DNA of 64,000 nt from Escherichia phage Es2: sequence record OR515477.1; one strand, given 5' to 3'. Positions 36,181-44,176 of the stretch are shown one piece after another. A program made the position numbers and the translations under genes. How positions within the stretch are numbered: the stretch's first letter is position 1; every line of letters starts with the position of its first letter. Below the pieces are notes generated by a model, which did not search any database, was not told the origin of the DNA, and saw nothing but the letters and a program-made list of their open reading frames with translations.

Positions 36181-36387
36181 ATGGCTGATTTCTGCAAACA
36201 ATGCTCCATTGATATGTGGGGTAAAGATACTGGTGATCTTTCTGGTTTGATTACAGAAGCTGAAGTTAAAGAAGGCTACGGTGCTGCTGTGATCTGCGAA
36301 GGATGCGGAGTTATTCGAGTAGATCATGAAGGCAAACGTTTAGAAGATCCAAAAAGTATTAAGAAGAAGGTTAGCCAAGTAGGTTAA
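36181..36387 (+). CDS. small zinc-ribbon protein
   Basis: CKQCS...CEGCG motifs, 68 aa; 3' end overlaps tRNA-Gln. Confidence 0.5.
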   Translation: MADFCKQCSIDMWGKDTGDLSGLITEAEVKEGYGAAVICEGCGVIRVDHEGKRLEDPKSIKKKVSQVG

Positions 36388-36437
36388 GGCTGGGGTCTCT
36401 GAAATCCTGATCAGTGGTTCGAATCCACTACCTTCTG
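36365..36437 (+). tRNA. tRNA-Gln (anticodon CTG)
   Basis: Acceptor AGAAGGT/ACCTTCT, anticodon loop CTCTGAA, T-arm AGTGG-TTCGAAT-CCACT, CCA encoded. Confidence 0.6.
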
Positions 36438-36446
36438 CCAAACAAT

Positions 36447-36521
36447 TGGGGATTAGCTTAGCTTGGCCTAAAGCTTCGGCCTTTGAAGTCGAGATCATTG
36501 GTTCAAATCCAATATCCCCTG
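36447..36521 (+). tRNA. tRNA-Gln (anticodon TTG)
   Basis: Acceptor TGGGGAT/ATCCCCT, D-arm GCTT..AAGC, anticodon stem-loop TCGGC-CTTTGAA-GTCGA, T-arm ATTGG-TTCAAAT-CCAAT, CCA encoded. Confidence 0.65.
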
Positions 36522-36534
36522 CCAGCTAAATTAA

Positions 36535-36607
36535 TGCGTGATTAGTTCAGTGGCTAGAATAACTGGCTTCCAACCAGTAGACACGAGTTCGACTCTCGTA
36601 TCCCGCA
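36535..36607 (+). tRNA. tRNA-Gly (anticodon TCC)
   Basis: Acceptor GCGTGAT/ATCCCGC, anticodon stem-loop ACTGG-CTTCCAA-CCAGT, T-arm ACGAG-TTCGACT-CTCGT, CCA encoded. Confidence 0.7.
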
Positions 36608-36624
36608 CCAAATAAGGAAACGTT

Positions 36625-36846
36625 ATGCACGTTTTTGAGTTTCGTAATAAAAATACTGATAAGCGAGTTATCATTATTGGAGAAACATACCGAGCATATG
36701 AACAAACTGACGGCTCTGTTATCTTGAATGATGAGAAAGGAGGTTTTAGCTTTTATCCAGAAGAACCTTATGAAGAGTTTCGTACTAAGTTTCTTTTACC
36801 AGACTGGCTAGCAGTAGCCGAGCAACGAGAATCCGAAGATGGCTGA
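36625..36846 (+). CDS. hypothetical protein
   Basis: 73 aa ORF, AAGGAAAC RBS. Confidence 0.5.
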   Translation: MHVFEFRNKNTDKRVIIIGETYRAYEQTDGSVILNDEKGGFSFYPEEPYEEFRTKFLLPDWLAVAEQRESEDG

Positions 36847-37001
36847 TAACCTAAAATTAAGGGTCGACAAACAAAAGAAATACATTGAGGTTGAATTAGG
36901 CGAAGAACGATTAAAGCTAACTTTCGAGTTTCTTCAGCAGTTGGCTATGACAGTTATGACTGATAAGTCTCCTGTTATTGAAAAAGAAATCCCGTTGAAA
37001 T
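36840..37001 (+). CDS. hypothetical small protein
   Basis: About 53 aa ORF (MADNLKLRVDKQKKYIEV...) overlapping the previous stop; coordinates +/-2. Confidence 0.35.
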
Positions 37002-37012
37002 AACGGGATCAT

Positions 37013-37085
37013 CGCTCCTAAAGCATTGCTGGCGATGCAGTTGCCTTGTAAGCATCTGAACCGGGTTCGATTCCTGGTGGGAGCA
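37013..37085 (+). tRNA. tRNA-Thr (anticodon TGT)
   Basis: Acceptor GCTCCTA/TGGGAGC, D-arm GCAT..ATGC, anticodon loop CTTGTAA, T-arm CCGGG-TTCGATT-CCTGG, CCA encoded. Confidence 0.65.
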
Positions 37086-37103
37086 CCAAATTTAAAAATT
37101 CAT

Positions 37104-37132
37104 TTGCTTTCTCTCTTATTTATTGTTATAAT
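37104..37132 (+). promoter_or_regulatory. early-type sigma70 promoter
   Basis: AAAAATTCATTTGCTT, 17 bp, TATAAT. Confidence 0.6.
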
Positions 37133-37162
37133 ATTCATATAAATTAATGAGAGGGAAGCCAA

Positions 37163-37456
37163 ATGAAACGTTATCTTTCTGTTGTGTTCCAAACTGGTGG
37201 TCAACGCTATACTTACGAATTTCCTGGCTCTTGGAAGATCAAAGAAGGTGATCAAGTAGTAGTGTTAACACCGCGTGAGGGTTTTAAGGTAGTAACGGTT
37301 AAGCAAGTATTTCCAAAAGAGCGTGAACCAGCTAAAGGCATTCGCTATAAGATGATTCATGGTGTAGTTCGTCAAGTACCACGAGCGGAAGTCGAAATCA
37401 AAGTAGATAAAGATGGTAAACTTAAATATACCTCTTGCTTAGACGAGTTGCTATAA
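37163..37456 (+). CDS. hypothetical protein
   Basis: 97 aa ORF after promoter 37104-37132. Confidence 0.5.
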   Translation: MKRYLSVVFQTGGQRYTYEFPGSWKIKEGDQVVVLTPREGFKVVTVKQVFPKEREPAKGIRYKMIHGVVRQVPRAEVEIKVDKDGKLKYTSCLDELL

Positions 37457-37662
37457 TGAGGATTACTTTTACAGAAAAGATCATGAGTAATGGTGTTATG
37501 ATCATTACCGCATGGGATGGTAATCAGTGGTGTAGTGTTTCAGGTATTAAGCCTGAAGAACAAACACTAGATAATATCTCAAAGATTAAGCGAAGAATGA
37601 CAGAACGTGCACGACTTCCAGGTGCACCTAGAAATGGCAAACGTTCTGCTGCAAAATGTTAA
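37456..37662 (+). CDS. hypothetical protein
   Basis: 68 aa ORF starting at overlapping TAATG. Confidence 0.45.
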   Translation: MRITFTEKIMSNGVMIITAWDGNQWCSVSGIKPEEQTLDNISKIKRRMTERARLPGAPRNGKRSAAKC

Positions 37663-37663
37663 T

Positions 37664-37737
37664 GCTTCGGTAGCTTAGCGATCTAAAGCACTCGGCTGAT
37701 AACCGAGAGATCGGGGGTTTAAATCCCTCCCGGAGTA
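37664..37737 (+). tRNA. tRNA-Ile (anticodon GAT)
   Basis: Acceptor GCTTCGG/CCGGAGT, D-arm GCTT..AAGC, anticodon stem-loop CTCGG-CTGATAA-CCGAG, unusual T-loop TTTAAAT, CCA encoded. Confidence 0.7.
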
Positions 37738-37836
37738 CCAAATTTAGGAATTAAGACTATGCGTCCAGGAAAGTTTAAAAAAGCTAATTGGTCTAAAGAG
37801 TATAAAGAATACTTACTTAGTCTAGTAAAACATAAT

Positions 37837-37909
37837 AGTTAGTTGGCAGAGTGGTTATGCACCTCCTTCATACGGAGCGACTACAGTGGTTCAAATCCAC
37901 TACTAACTA
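37837..37909 (+). tRNA. tRNA-Met/Ile2 (anticodon CAT)
   Basis: Acceptor AGTTAGT/ACTAACT, anticodon loop TTCATAC, T-arm AGTGG-TTCAAAT-CCACT, CCA encoded. Confidence 0.65.
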
Positions 37910-37949
37910 CCATTAAAAGAGCTAGAGATAGCTAACTTTAGGAGCAGCT

Positions 37950-38144
37950 ATGTTAACAATTAAAATAATGTCAGCCAAGAATGGGGAACAGATTCATACA
38001 GGCAAAAGTGTAAGCTTTAATCCTAGAAATAAAAGACTGGCTATAGTTGGAGTAGACCAAGCCATCTTTTTAAAAGAAGATGAAGTAGCATATGTCATGA
38101 ACCAAACTGGTAAGACAGTTTCCGTATACTATGGAAAAGTATAA
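37950..38144 (+). CDS. hypothetical protein
   Basis: 64 aa ORF, AGGAG RBS. Confidence 0.45.
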   Translation: MLTIKIMSAKNGEQIHTGKSVSFNPRNKRLAIVGVDQAIFLKEDEVAYVMNQTGKTVSVYYGKV

Positions 38145-38186
38145 AGAATAAATAGCTGAGCCAAATTCTAACATCGGGGAGATCTA

Positions 38187-38555
38187 ATGAAAGCATATCA
38201 AAACCTTAAATCTGGCGTAATTAATATTGTTCATAATAATCAGATCATTCAGCTATATTCCGATAATGGTGAACTTAAACAGAAAGTTCTAGTTGAAGAT
38301 CTAGAAGGTATCACACCTCACTTTGACCCTGAGGCCTTTCGCATTGTAGATGTGGAAGTGGTTCCTCAAATCGAAGGTGGTCAGCACCTAAATGTCAATG
38401 TATTAAGCCGTGATCAGCTTTTGGATGCGCAGAAACATCCTGAAAAATACCCTCAATTAACTATCCGTGTTTCAGGGTACGCTGTTCGATTTAATGCACT
38501 GACTCGTGAACAACAGAACGACGTTATTAGTCGTACATTTACTCAGGCGATGTAA
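38187..38555 (+). CDS. grcA: autonomous glycyl-radical cofactor-like protein (GrcA/YfiD-like)
   Basis: C-terminal [11 protein letters not shown]...[37 protein letters not shown] closely matches the GrcA/PFL glycyl-radical domain as recalled from memory (RVSGY motif). Confidence 0.7.
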   Translation: MKAYQNLKSGVINIVHNNQIIQLYSDNGELKQKVLVEDLEGITPHFDPEAFRIVDVEVVPQIEGGQHLNVNVLSRDQLLDAQKHPEKYPQLTIRVSGYAVRFNALTREQQNDVISRTFTQAM

Positions 38556-38636
38556 TGGGGTTTGGGTACGATTTCTCCCAGCTACGCAAGGTAGTCGAGC
38601 AAACTCCGTTTATCTCCCAAGTTTTAGGAGAAATGT

Positions 38637-38951
38637 GTGGATCGAGCATTAAGACGTCATCACAGGCAACGTGTAAAGAACAACCGCAAGAAGTACTGGA
38701 CAGTCTTTCCACATGAAGAAAGCCCTAAGCGGTTAGGTATTATCACTACTACTCCTTGCATCTGTTCTTGTTGGATGTGTGGGAACCCTCGCAAGTACTA
38801 TAAGAATAGTAAAGCAGGCATGAAAACCTCGGAGATCAGGAAAATGGAAGCGATGATTATGGGCATCTCAAATGATGAATTTGATGGCTTTGTAGGATTC
38901 GGAGAAGGAATCAGCTCAGGCTGTTTAGAAGATGAACGCCCCGACCTGTAA
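38637..38951 (+). CDS. hypothetical Cys-rich basic protein
   Basis: 104 aa ORF, CICSCWMC motif; start codon uncertain. Confidence 0.4.
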   Translation: MDRALRRHHRQRVKNNRKKYWTVFPHEESPKRLGIITTTPCICSCWMCGNPRKYYKNSKAGMKTSEIRKMEAMIMGISNDEFDGFVGFGEGISSGCLEDERPDL

Positions 38952-38962
38952 TTAATAACAAA

Positions 38963-38997
38963 CCCCAGCTATTGAATAAGTAGTCTGGGGTTTTTCT
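38963..38997 (+). terminator. rho-independent terminator
   Basis: CCCCAG...CTGGGG hairpin followed by TTTTTCT. Confidence 0.6.
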
Positions 38998-39072
38998 GTA
39001 TAAAGGTACATAATATATGTATAATAAAATTCATCCACATTAGGTTAATTTAAAAGACTTAATGGAGGTAAT

Positions 39073-39420
39073 ATGAGCCGTACTTATCGTAGACAATCTG
39101 GTGATCAGTGGTGGAAGTCTAAAGAACAATTCTCTCAAGAATATTCTTTCCTCAAAGAAAATGGCTACTGGATTCGTGTTATTTATGCCAAATCCTGGGA
39201 CGACATCAAAAAAGAAATGAAGGAAGCAACCATTCGTAATGAGAAAAAGGATGGTTATAACTGGAATTCCATTAGTAAGAATGTTAAGTGGCATTCTAAT
39301 AAAATGGTTCGTCAAGGGAATCGTCAAGAACTCCACCGCGTGATGAAAGATCCAGAAAATTACGACTATAATCGCGACCATGACATGCGTAAGCGTGGAT
39401 TATGGTGGTGCTATGACTAA
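39073..39420 (+). CDS. hypothetical protein
   Basis: 115 aa, Trp/Lys-rich, GGAGG RBS. Confidence 0.5.
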   Translation: MSRTYRRQSGDQWWKSKEQFSQEYSFLKENGYWIRVIYAKSWDDIKKEMKEATIRNEKKDGYNWNSISKNVKWHSNKMVRQGNRQELHRVMKDPENYDYNRDHDMRKRGLWWCYD

Positions 39421-39437
39421 ATTCTGAAATAATTCAT

Positions 39438-39466
39438 TTGCTAAACCTCTCTTTTCTTGCTATAAT
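39438..39466 (+). promoter_or_regulatory. early-type sigma70 promoter
   Basis: TTGCTA, 17 bp, TATAAT. Confidence 0.6.
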
Positions 39467-39496
39467 ATATTTATAAATTGATAAGAGAGGTTTGAA

Positions 39497-39778
39497 ATGA
39501 AAAATCGCCTAGACTGTGCCATTCATGTTCTTGAACATGATGTTACGGGAACCTGTATGTCTTACCACGAAGCAGGTCGTTTAATTAAAGAACGCGTGGC
39601 AGATGTGTGCGGATTGAAGATTACTGCTGAGGAAGCTGATGATCTTTTAGGTCAAGCACTGGAGAAAACCGAAATGTTCCTCTGCGATTCTTGTTCTTGG
39701 TGGTGTGAAGCTCACGAACGTTCTTTCAACGATTATGATGTATGTCGTGATTGTAGTGGGGAGGATAAAGATGAATAA
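39497..39778 (+). CDS. hypothetical Cys-rich protein
   Basis: 93 aa ORF after promoter 39438-39466; CDSCSWWC...CRDC motifs. Confidence 0.5.
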   Translation: MKNRLDCAIHVLEHDVTGTCMSYHEAGRLIKERVADVCGLKITAEEADDLLGQALEKTEMFLCDSCSWWCEAHERSFNDYDVCRDCSGEDKDE

Positions 39779-40067
39779 GTTTATTATTGCACTGATGATC
39801 TCCGCAGTTAGTTTCGGTTCTCTGGCGTCTACCAAAGTTTCTATGAAAAATGGTAATGTTAAAGTCCAACAGAACGGTATTATTACTGAGTATGGTAAAG
39901 TTCGTGATGTTAAAGAACGTAATGGTAAGGTAGAAATCTATACTAATAAAAACTTCTCTACTCCAGCCGTTACTATTAGCAAACGCGGTGAAATAACCAC
40001 TCAACGTACTAATAGCTCCAGTTCTTTTACTTGTCGTTATGATTGCGACTTTGAAGGGGAAGAGTAA
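39771..40067 (+). CDS. secreted small protein (signal peptide)
   Basis: MNKFIIALMISAVSFGSLAS signal-like N-terminus; ATGAATAA overlap with upstream stop. Confidence 0.5.
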   Translation: MNKFIIALMISAVSFGSLASTKVSMKNGNVKVQQNGIITEYGKVRDVKERNGKVEIYTNKNFSTPAVTISKRGEITTQRTNSSSSFTCRYDCDFEGEE

Positions 40068-40068
40068 C

Positions 40069-40377
40069 ATGGAAAAGAACGTGAAAAAACTAAACATCAA
40101 CAGCACAGTGCAGATTCCAGCAACTAAGGATGTTTTAACATTCCTACGGAGTGAAAACGCTCAGTTTTGGCATGATCATGTTGTAAAGAACGGTAGTACT
40201 CCAGATGTAGTTTACTTTGCTAAAAAACGTATCGAAGAATATAAAGATCCAGAGATTAAAGATGGGATGATAACTATGCAATTGTGGGTAGCCATGAATA
40301 CGTTTGGACCTACTATGAGTCTAGGAGTTACTCCACTGTTTACTAATATTCTAATTAATGAAAAGGATCTGAAATGA
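40069..40377 (+). CDS. hypothetical protein
   Basis: 102 aa ORF starting MEKNVKKLN with GAAGGGGAAGAG RBS. Confidence 0.5.
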   Translation: MEKNVKKLNINSTVQIPATKDVLTFLRSENAQFWHDHVVKNGSTPDVVYFAKKRIEEYKDPEIKDGMITMQLWVAMNTFGPTMSLGVTPLFTNILINEKDLK

Positions 40378-40658
40378 TTATCTCTCCATTTGCTCTTTGG
40401 TTCGTCATCGGATCTATAGTAGCTATTTACAGCTTGGTTGATGATCTGTATATTTCTAAGAATAAAGATGTAATATTATACATTATACATAAAACTCGAC
40501 CGTTAGATCTGCCTCCTCTTGATGATAAAACATTACTGAGATGTGCTAGATCTATGATATTTATTGTGGATATTCTTCTAGGCCCAACATCTGTGTTTTT
40601 CTTTTATAGAAAGACTCGTAATATGAAAAAATTTAAAGCTGAAATGCAGAATACCTAA
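40374..40658 (+). CDS. small membrane protein
   Basis: 94 aa with two hydrophobic segments; ATGA coupling. Confidence 0.5.
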   Translation: MIISPFALWFVIGSIVAIYSLVDDLYISKNKDVILYIIHKTRPLDLPPLDDKTLLRCARSMIFIVDILLGPTSVFFFYRKTRNMKKFKAEMQNT

Positions 40659-40768
40659 AGAACTCGCGTAGGACCGAGTTGCGTCACCTGCAACTGTTAC
40701 GGATAAGGGAGTCGTGCCCCTTAGTGCGGTAAGTGGTGAGGTGGCTGCTAGCCCTAACTGGAGATAAT

Positions 40769-41113
40769 ATGACTATATTACTAATTCTTGTTACAACTTG
40801 GTTTTTAATCGGTGCTGGATATGCGATAGCTATTATTAGACATTTGGATGAACATTCTGCTGAATGGTTTGTTAAGTATCTACGTATTGATGGTCAAGAA
40901 CAGAAGTTTAAAGACGAAAAGCAGAAAAAAGCAGTAAATAATATGACAGCCAAAGAATGCTTGTTCTACATGCGTATTGTAGGGTTCTTTGGACTATTAG
41001 TTGCTGGCCCAATTGGTTCTACCATTGCCCCATATAAAGAAACAGTTGCTGACATCAAATTGTGGAGAAATGCAGGGGTACTGCACAAAGCTAGAAAAAC
41101 TAATATTACATAA
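40769..41113 (+). CDS. membrane protein
   Basis: Start MTILLILVTTWFLIGAGYAIAII with GGAGA RBS; hydrophobic segments; terminator follows. Confidence 0.5.
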   Translation: MTILLILVTTWFLIGAGYAIAIIRHLDEHSAEWFVKYLRIDGQEQKFKDEKQKKAVNNMTAKECLFYMRIVGFFGLLVAGPIGSTIAPYKETVADIKLWRNAGVLHKARKTNIT

Positions 41114-41158
41114 GATTGACACTAAGTCAGCTTACTAGCAAAAGCAAATAATGACAAA

Positions 41159-41193
41159 GCCCAGCCTGCACTTTTGCGACTGGGCTATTTTTA
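41159..41193 (+). terminator. rho-independent terminator
   Basis: GCCCAG...CTGGGC hairpin followed by TATTTTTAT. Confidence 0.6.
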
Positions 41194-41207
41194 TAATAAA
41201 ATTTTAG

Positions 41208-41236
41208 TTGCTTAGATGCCCAAACTTTTGTATAAT
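41208..41236 (+). promoter_or_regulatory. early-type sigma70 promoter
   Basis: TTGCTT, 17 bp, TGTATAAT. Confidence 0.6.
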
Positions 41237-41267
41237 ATGTTTATAGATTGAGGCAAGAGGATTAAAT

Positions 41268-41966
41268 ATGAGGATTATTTCTAAGTTCGCCGATGTGTAT
41301 GATTTGCAGAACAGTTTGTTTGACCCAGATCGTGTGTGGGAACGTAAAACTGAGGAGTTACTGGTTAAAGTAACCGATGATGCAGAAAAGAACATTGTGC
41401 ATACTCGCCAGGTATTTCGTGATGGTTCGCTATCTTTCCGTGGTGATTTCGAATACTTTGTAAACCCACTATTTGTTGCAGGTGAAGTTTACTGGTTACA
41501 CGAGCTGTACTGCTGGCATCCAGCATTTAGCTTCAAAACGTTCAACCTCGACACTATGTTCGATAAAATGGAAGAGATGGGATTGCATGCTCGCTCTTAC
41601 TTAATGGATAAGAGTCGCGGAGATGTTCGTGAAACAATGCGTGATTTGCTCGCTGAAGCAAAACCTAAAGCAGAACGTATCTTATCCGAACTGCGTGTAC
41701 CGATTGCATATGTGAAAGGTATTAAGAAGAACGATAACGATGATGTTCGTAACTTCGTGATTCAGACTAACATTCGTTTCCATCAGTCAGGTATTCCGTG
41801 GCAGGAAATTGAAAGTAACTTATACCGTTTACACCAAGTTCTCGAACAGTATATCTTCGGTGTACTAGGAACTGGTGAGCCTGATATGATTAAAGTATCA
41901 GATAAAGACAGGTTAGCAGCGCATGGATTTGATACAAAAACTTCTTTCAGGAATATGGCAAGGTAA
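41268..41966 (+). CDS. hypothetical protein
   Basis: 232 aa ORF after promoter 41208-41236. Confidence 0.55.
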   Translation: MRIISKFADVYDLQNSLFDPDRVWERKTEELLVKVTDDAEKNIVHTRQVFRDGSLSFRGDFEYFVNPLFVAGEVYWLHELYCWHPAFSFKTFNLDTMFDKMEEMGLHARSYLMDKSRGDVRETMRDLLAEAKPKAERILSELRVPIAYVKGIKKNDNDDVRNFVIQTNIRFHQSGIPWQEIESNLYRLHQVLEQYIFGVLGTGEPDMIKVSDKDRLAAHGFDTKTSFRNMAR

Positions 41967-42372
41967 GTGGTATATCCTGGGAGCAGGTCTAGCGATAGGC
42001 ATCGGGTTCGGTGCTTATCACTTAGTAGATAAAGTGGAGACTTTAGCGGGAGATCTTGCGGTAGCTACTAAAAAGATCTCTTCTCTAGAAACTTCCCTTA
42101 ATAAGGTGAAAGCTGAGAGCGAACTTCGGGAGACTCGAATGAACCAGTATTTCACAATGAATAATATTTCGCAAGCAGATCTAGACAAAAAGATTAAGCA
42201 GCTAGATAAAGCTCTTAGTCGTCAAGATATTATAGCTGCAAAGCCTGGATTGGTAACATTAATAGCTAAAAAGCAGAGTAGAGAGTTCGAGGAAAGATTA
42301 GCATGTTTAACTGGAAACTTGGAATACTGCTCGCAGCCGCAATCACAATCACAGGCTGTGCAGAAGAAATAA
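41923..42372 (+). CDS. putative i-spanin-like protein (TM plus coiled coil)
   Basis: N-terminal TM (WYILGAGLAIGIGFGAYHLV) followed by coiled-coil; downstream lipoprotein gene starts inside its 3' end. Confidence 0.45.
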   Translation: MDLIQKLLSGIWQGKWYILGAGLAIGIGFGAYHLVDKVETLAGDLAVATKKISSLETSLNKVKAESELRETRMNQYFTMNNISQADLDKKIKQLDKALSRQDIIAAKPGLVTLIAKKQSREFEERLACLTGNLEYCSQPQSQSQAVQKK

Positions 42373-42656
42373 AACCAGAGCCTTCTCATGAGTTAAAGCA
42401 AGCTCATGTAGACTGGCCTAAAGGACTTCAACCTTGTAGCTTTGACTTTAAGTTTGAAAAGAAATTAGCTACAAATGGGGAAGATGGCGTAGTAGTTGTT
42501 GTACCATATAAAGATTGGAATGCAAAAGCAAAATGTGAGGAAGCAGTTTACTCTTACATTTCACGACTGACTGGTATGGTTTGCTTCTATCGCCAAGATT
42601 TACAAGAAAAACGTTGCTTAGTTTACTATCCACCAATTAACAATAGGAAAGATTAA
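42303..42656 (+). CDS. putative o-spanin-like lipoprotein
   Basis: Lipoprotein signal MFNWKLGILLAAAITITGC (lipobox ITGC); overlaps the upstream gene in another frame (Rz/Rz1-like arrangement). Confidence 0.45.
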   Translation: MFNWKLGILLAAAITITGCAEEIKPEPSHELKQAHVDWPKGLQPCSFDFKFEKKLATNGEDGVVVVVPYKDWNAKAKCEEAVYSYISRLTGMVCFYRQDLQEKRCLVYYPPINNRKD

Positions 42657-43408
42657 TGTCAGTATTAGTCGGTTTACATGGTGAAGCTGGTTCGGGAAAA
42701 GATACCGTTGCAAAATTAATTATCGATTGGTGTAATGACACGTATCCAACGTGTTTATCCCGTCGTTATAGTTTTGCTAAGCCCGTTTATGAACTTGCAT
42801 CCGTAATCCTCGGTGTAACTCCAGAGTTTCTAGGAGAGCGCAGAGGAAAAGAGATTGCTCAATGGTTTACGGTCACACAATCTCAATTGGAGCGAGCTAG
42901 AGATGTGTGGTTTAAATACGGTATCGATAAGTTTGAAGACTTCTCGTACGTTTGGCCTATTTTTGAGGAAAAATATCTTAATCCTCAACAACTTATCTCA
43001 GAGAATAAAGAAGACGGACTTTATAGTTTATTTATTTCTCCGAGAAAAATGTTACAGCTCGTAGGGACAGAGCTAGGAAGGCAGCTGGTGCATGAACGCA
43101 TTTGGCTCATAATTCTGGAGCAATCCATCGCTAAAGACGACCCAGACGTCGCCGTAATAACAGATGTTAGATTCCCCAATGAAGGAGAGCTACTCAGAGA
43201 AACAAACCATTTAGATATGGATTCTTTGATAGTAAATGTAGTACCCGCTGAGCAGAAGTTTACTATTAAATCAGATCATCCATCTGAAAGTGGTATTCCT
43301 GCAAAATATATTACTCACGAATTAGTTAATAAATTCGATGGTATCAATAACCTTAAACTAGAAGTTTATAACTTCTGTGACTTAGAGCTAGAACCACTAG
43401 TTGGATAA
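42656..43408 (+). CDS. deoxynucleoside monophosphate kinase-like P-loop kinase
   Basis: Walker A LHGEAGSGKDT resembles phage dNMP kinases. Confidence 0.55.
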   Translation: MSVLVGLHGEAGSGKDTVAKLIIDWCNDTYPTCLSRRYSFAKPVYELASVILGVTPEFLGERRGKEIAQWFTVTQSQLERARDVWFKYGIDKFEDFSYVWPIFEEKYLNPQQLISENKEDGLYSLFISPRKMLQLVGTELGRQLVHERIWLIILEQSIAKDDPDVAVITDVRFPNEGELLRETNHLDMDSLIVNVVPAEQKFTIKSDHPSESGIPAKYITHELVNKFDGINNLKLEVYNFCDLELEPLVG

Positions 43409-43420
43409 TCAAGGATCGCT

Positions 43421-44020
43421 ATGACTAATAAAAAAGAAGAAAAGACTAACCTGTTTCACTCCATTCGCCAATCTAACGAGTATACCTTTTTCTTTGATGA
43501 AGAATTAGGCCCACCAGATGAATACCGTGATTTATCAATGGTACTTATGCAGGCAAATGAGGACGACGAAATTAATCTGATGATTAATGGTCCGGGTGGT
43601 TATGTTGATACTGCTGCACAGTTATCTAACTTAATTGCTAATTGCCGTGGAACAGTTATAGGGCATCTGATTGGTCCTAGTGCTTCTGCTTACTGCACAA
43701 TTTTCCTATCCTGTCATGGGTGGGTAGTACATCCACATGCTACGCTAATGGGGCACACGTTCTCTGGCGGATTCTGTGAGAAGGGTCAAGAAATTAAGAA
43801 AGCCTATGAATCTTACAACAAGTTCGTAGAAGATATGATGCTAGATGTCTACTATCCGTTCTTCTCAATAGACGAAATCGACGAGATGGTAAAAGACAAC
43901 AAAAATATCTATCTAGATAGCAAAGAAATCCATAAGCGTATTGAAATCTTGGCAAAATATCGATCTGAGCAATATAATAAAGCCCAGTTACCTCAATTAG
44001 AGGAGCACAGTGAAGAGTAA
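43421..44020 (+). CDS. ClpP-like serine peptidase
   Basis: INGPGGYVDTAAQL (ClpP INSPGG-like), GPSASAY serine region, downstream His residues. Confidence 0.55.
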   Translation: MTNKKEEKTNLFHSIRQSNEYTFFFDEELGPPDEYRDLSMVLMQANEDDEINLMINGPGGYVDTAAQLSNLIANCRGTVIGHLIGPSASAYCTIFLSCHGWVVHPHATLMGHTFSGGFCEKGQEIKKAYESYNKFVEDMMLDVYYPFFSIDEIDEMVKDNKNIYLDSKEIHKRIEILAKYRSEQYNKAQLPQLEEHSEE

Positions 44021-44029
44021 GTAGTTTTA

Positions 44030-44060
44030 AGCCAGGGTTTAACGACCCTGGCTTTTCTTT
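44030..44060 (+). terminator. rho-independent terminator
   Basis: GCCAGGG...CCCTGGC hairpin followed by TTTTCTTTT. Confidence 0.65.
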
Positions 44061-44176
44061 TATCTAAAATTCTTCTTGACAACGACAAAATTTTATGCTC
44101 CAGAAGTGATCTTTAAAAACACATTGTAATTTTCCTCCAAAATTAGTATAATGGTACTGGTTAGAGGAGGTTACAA

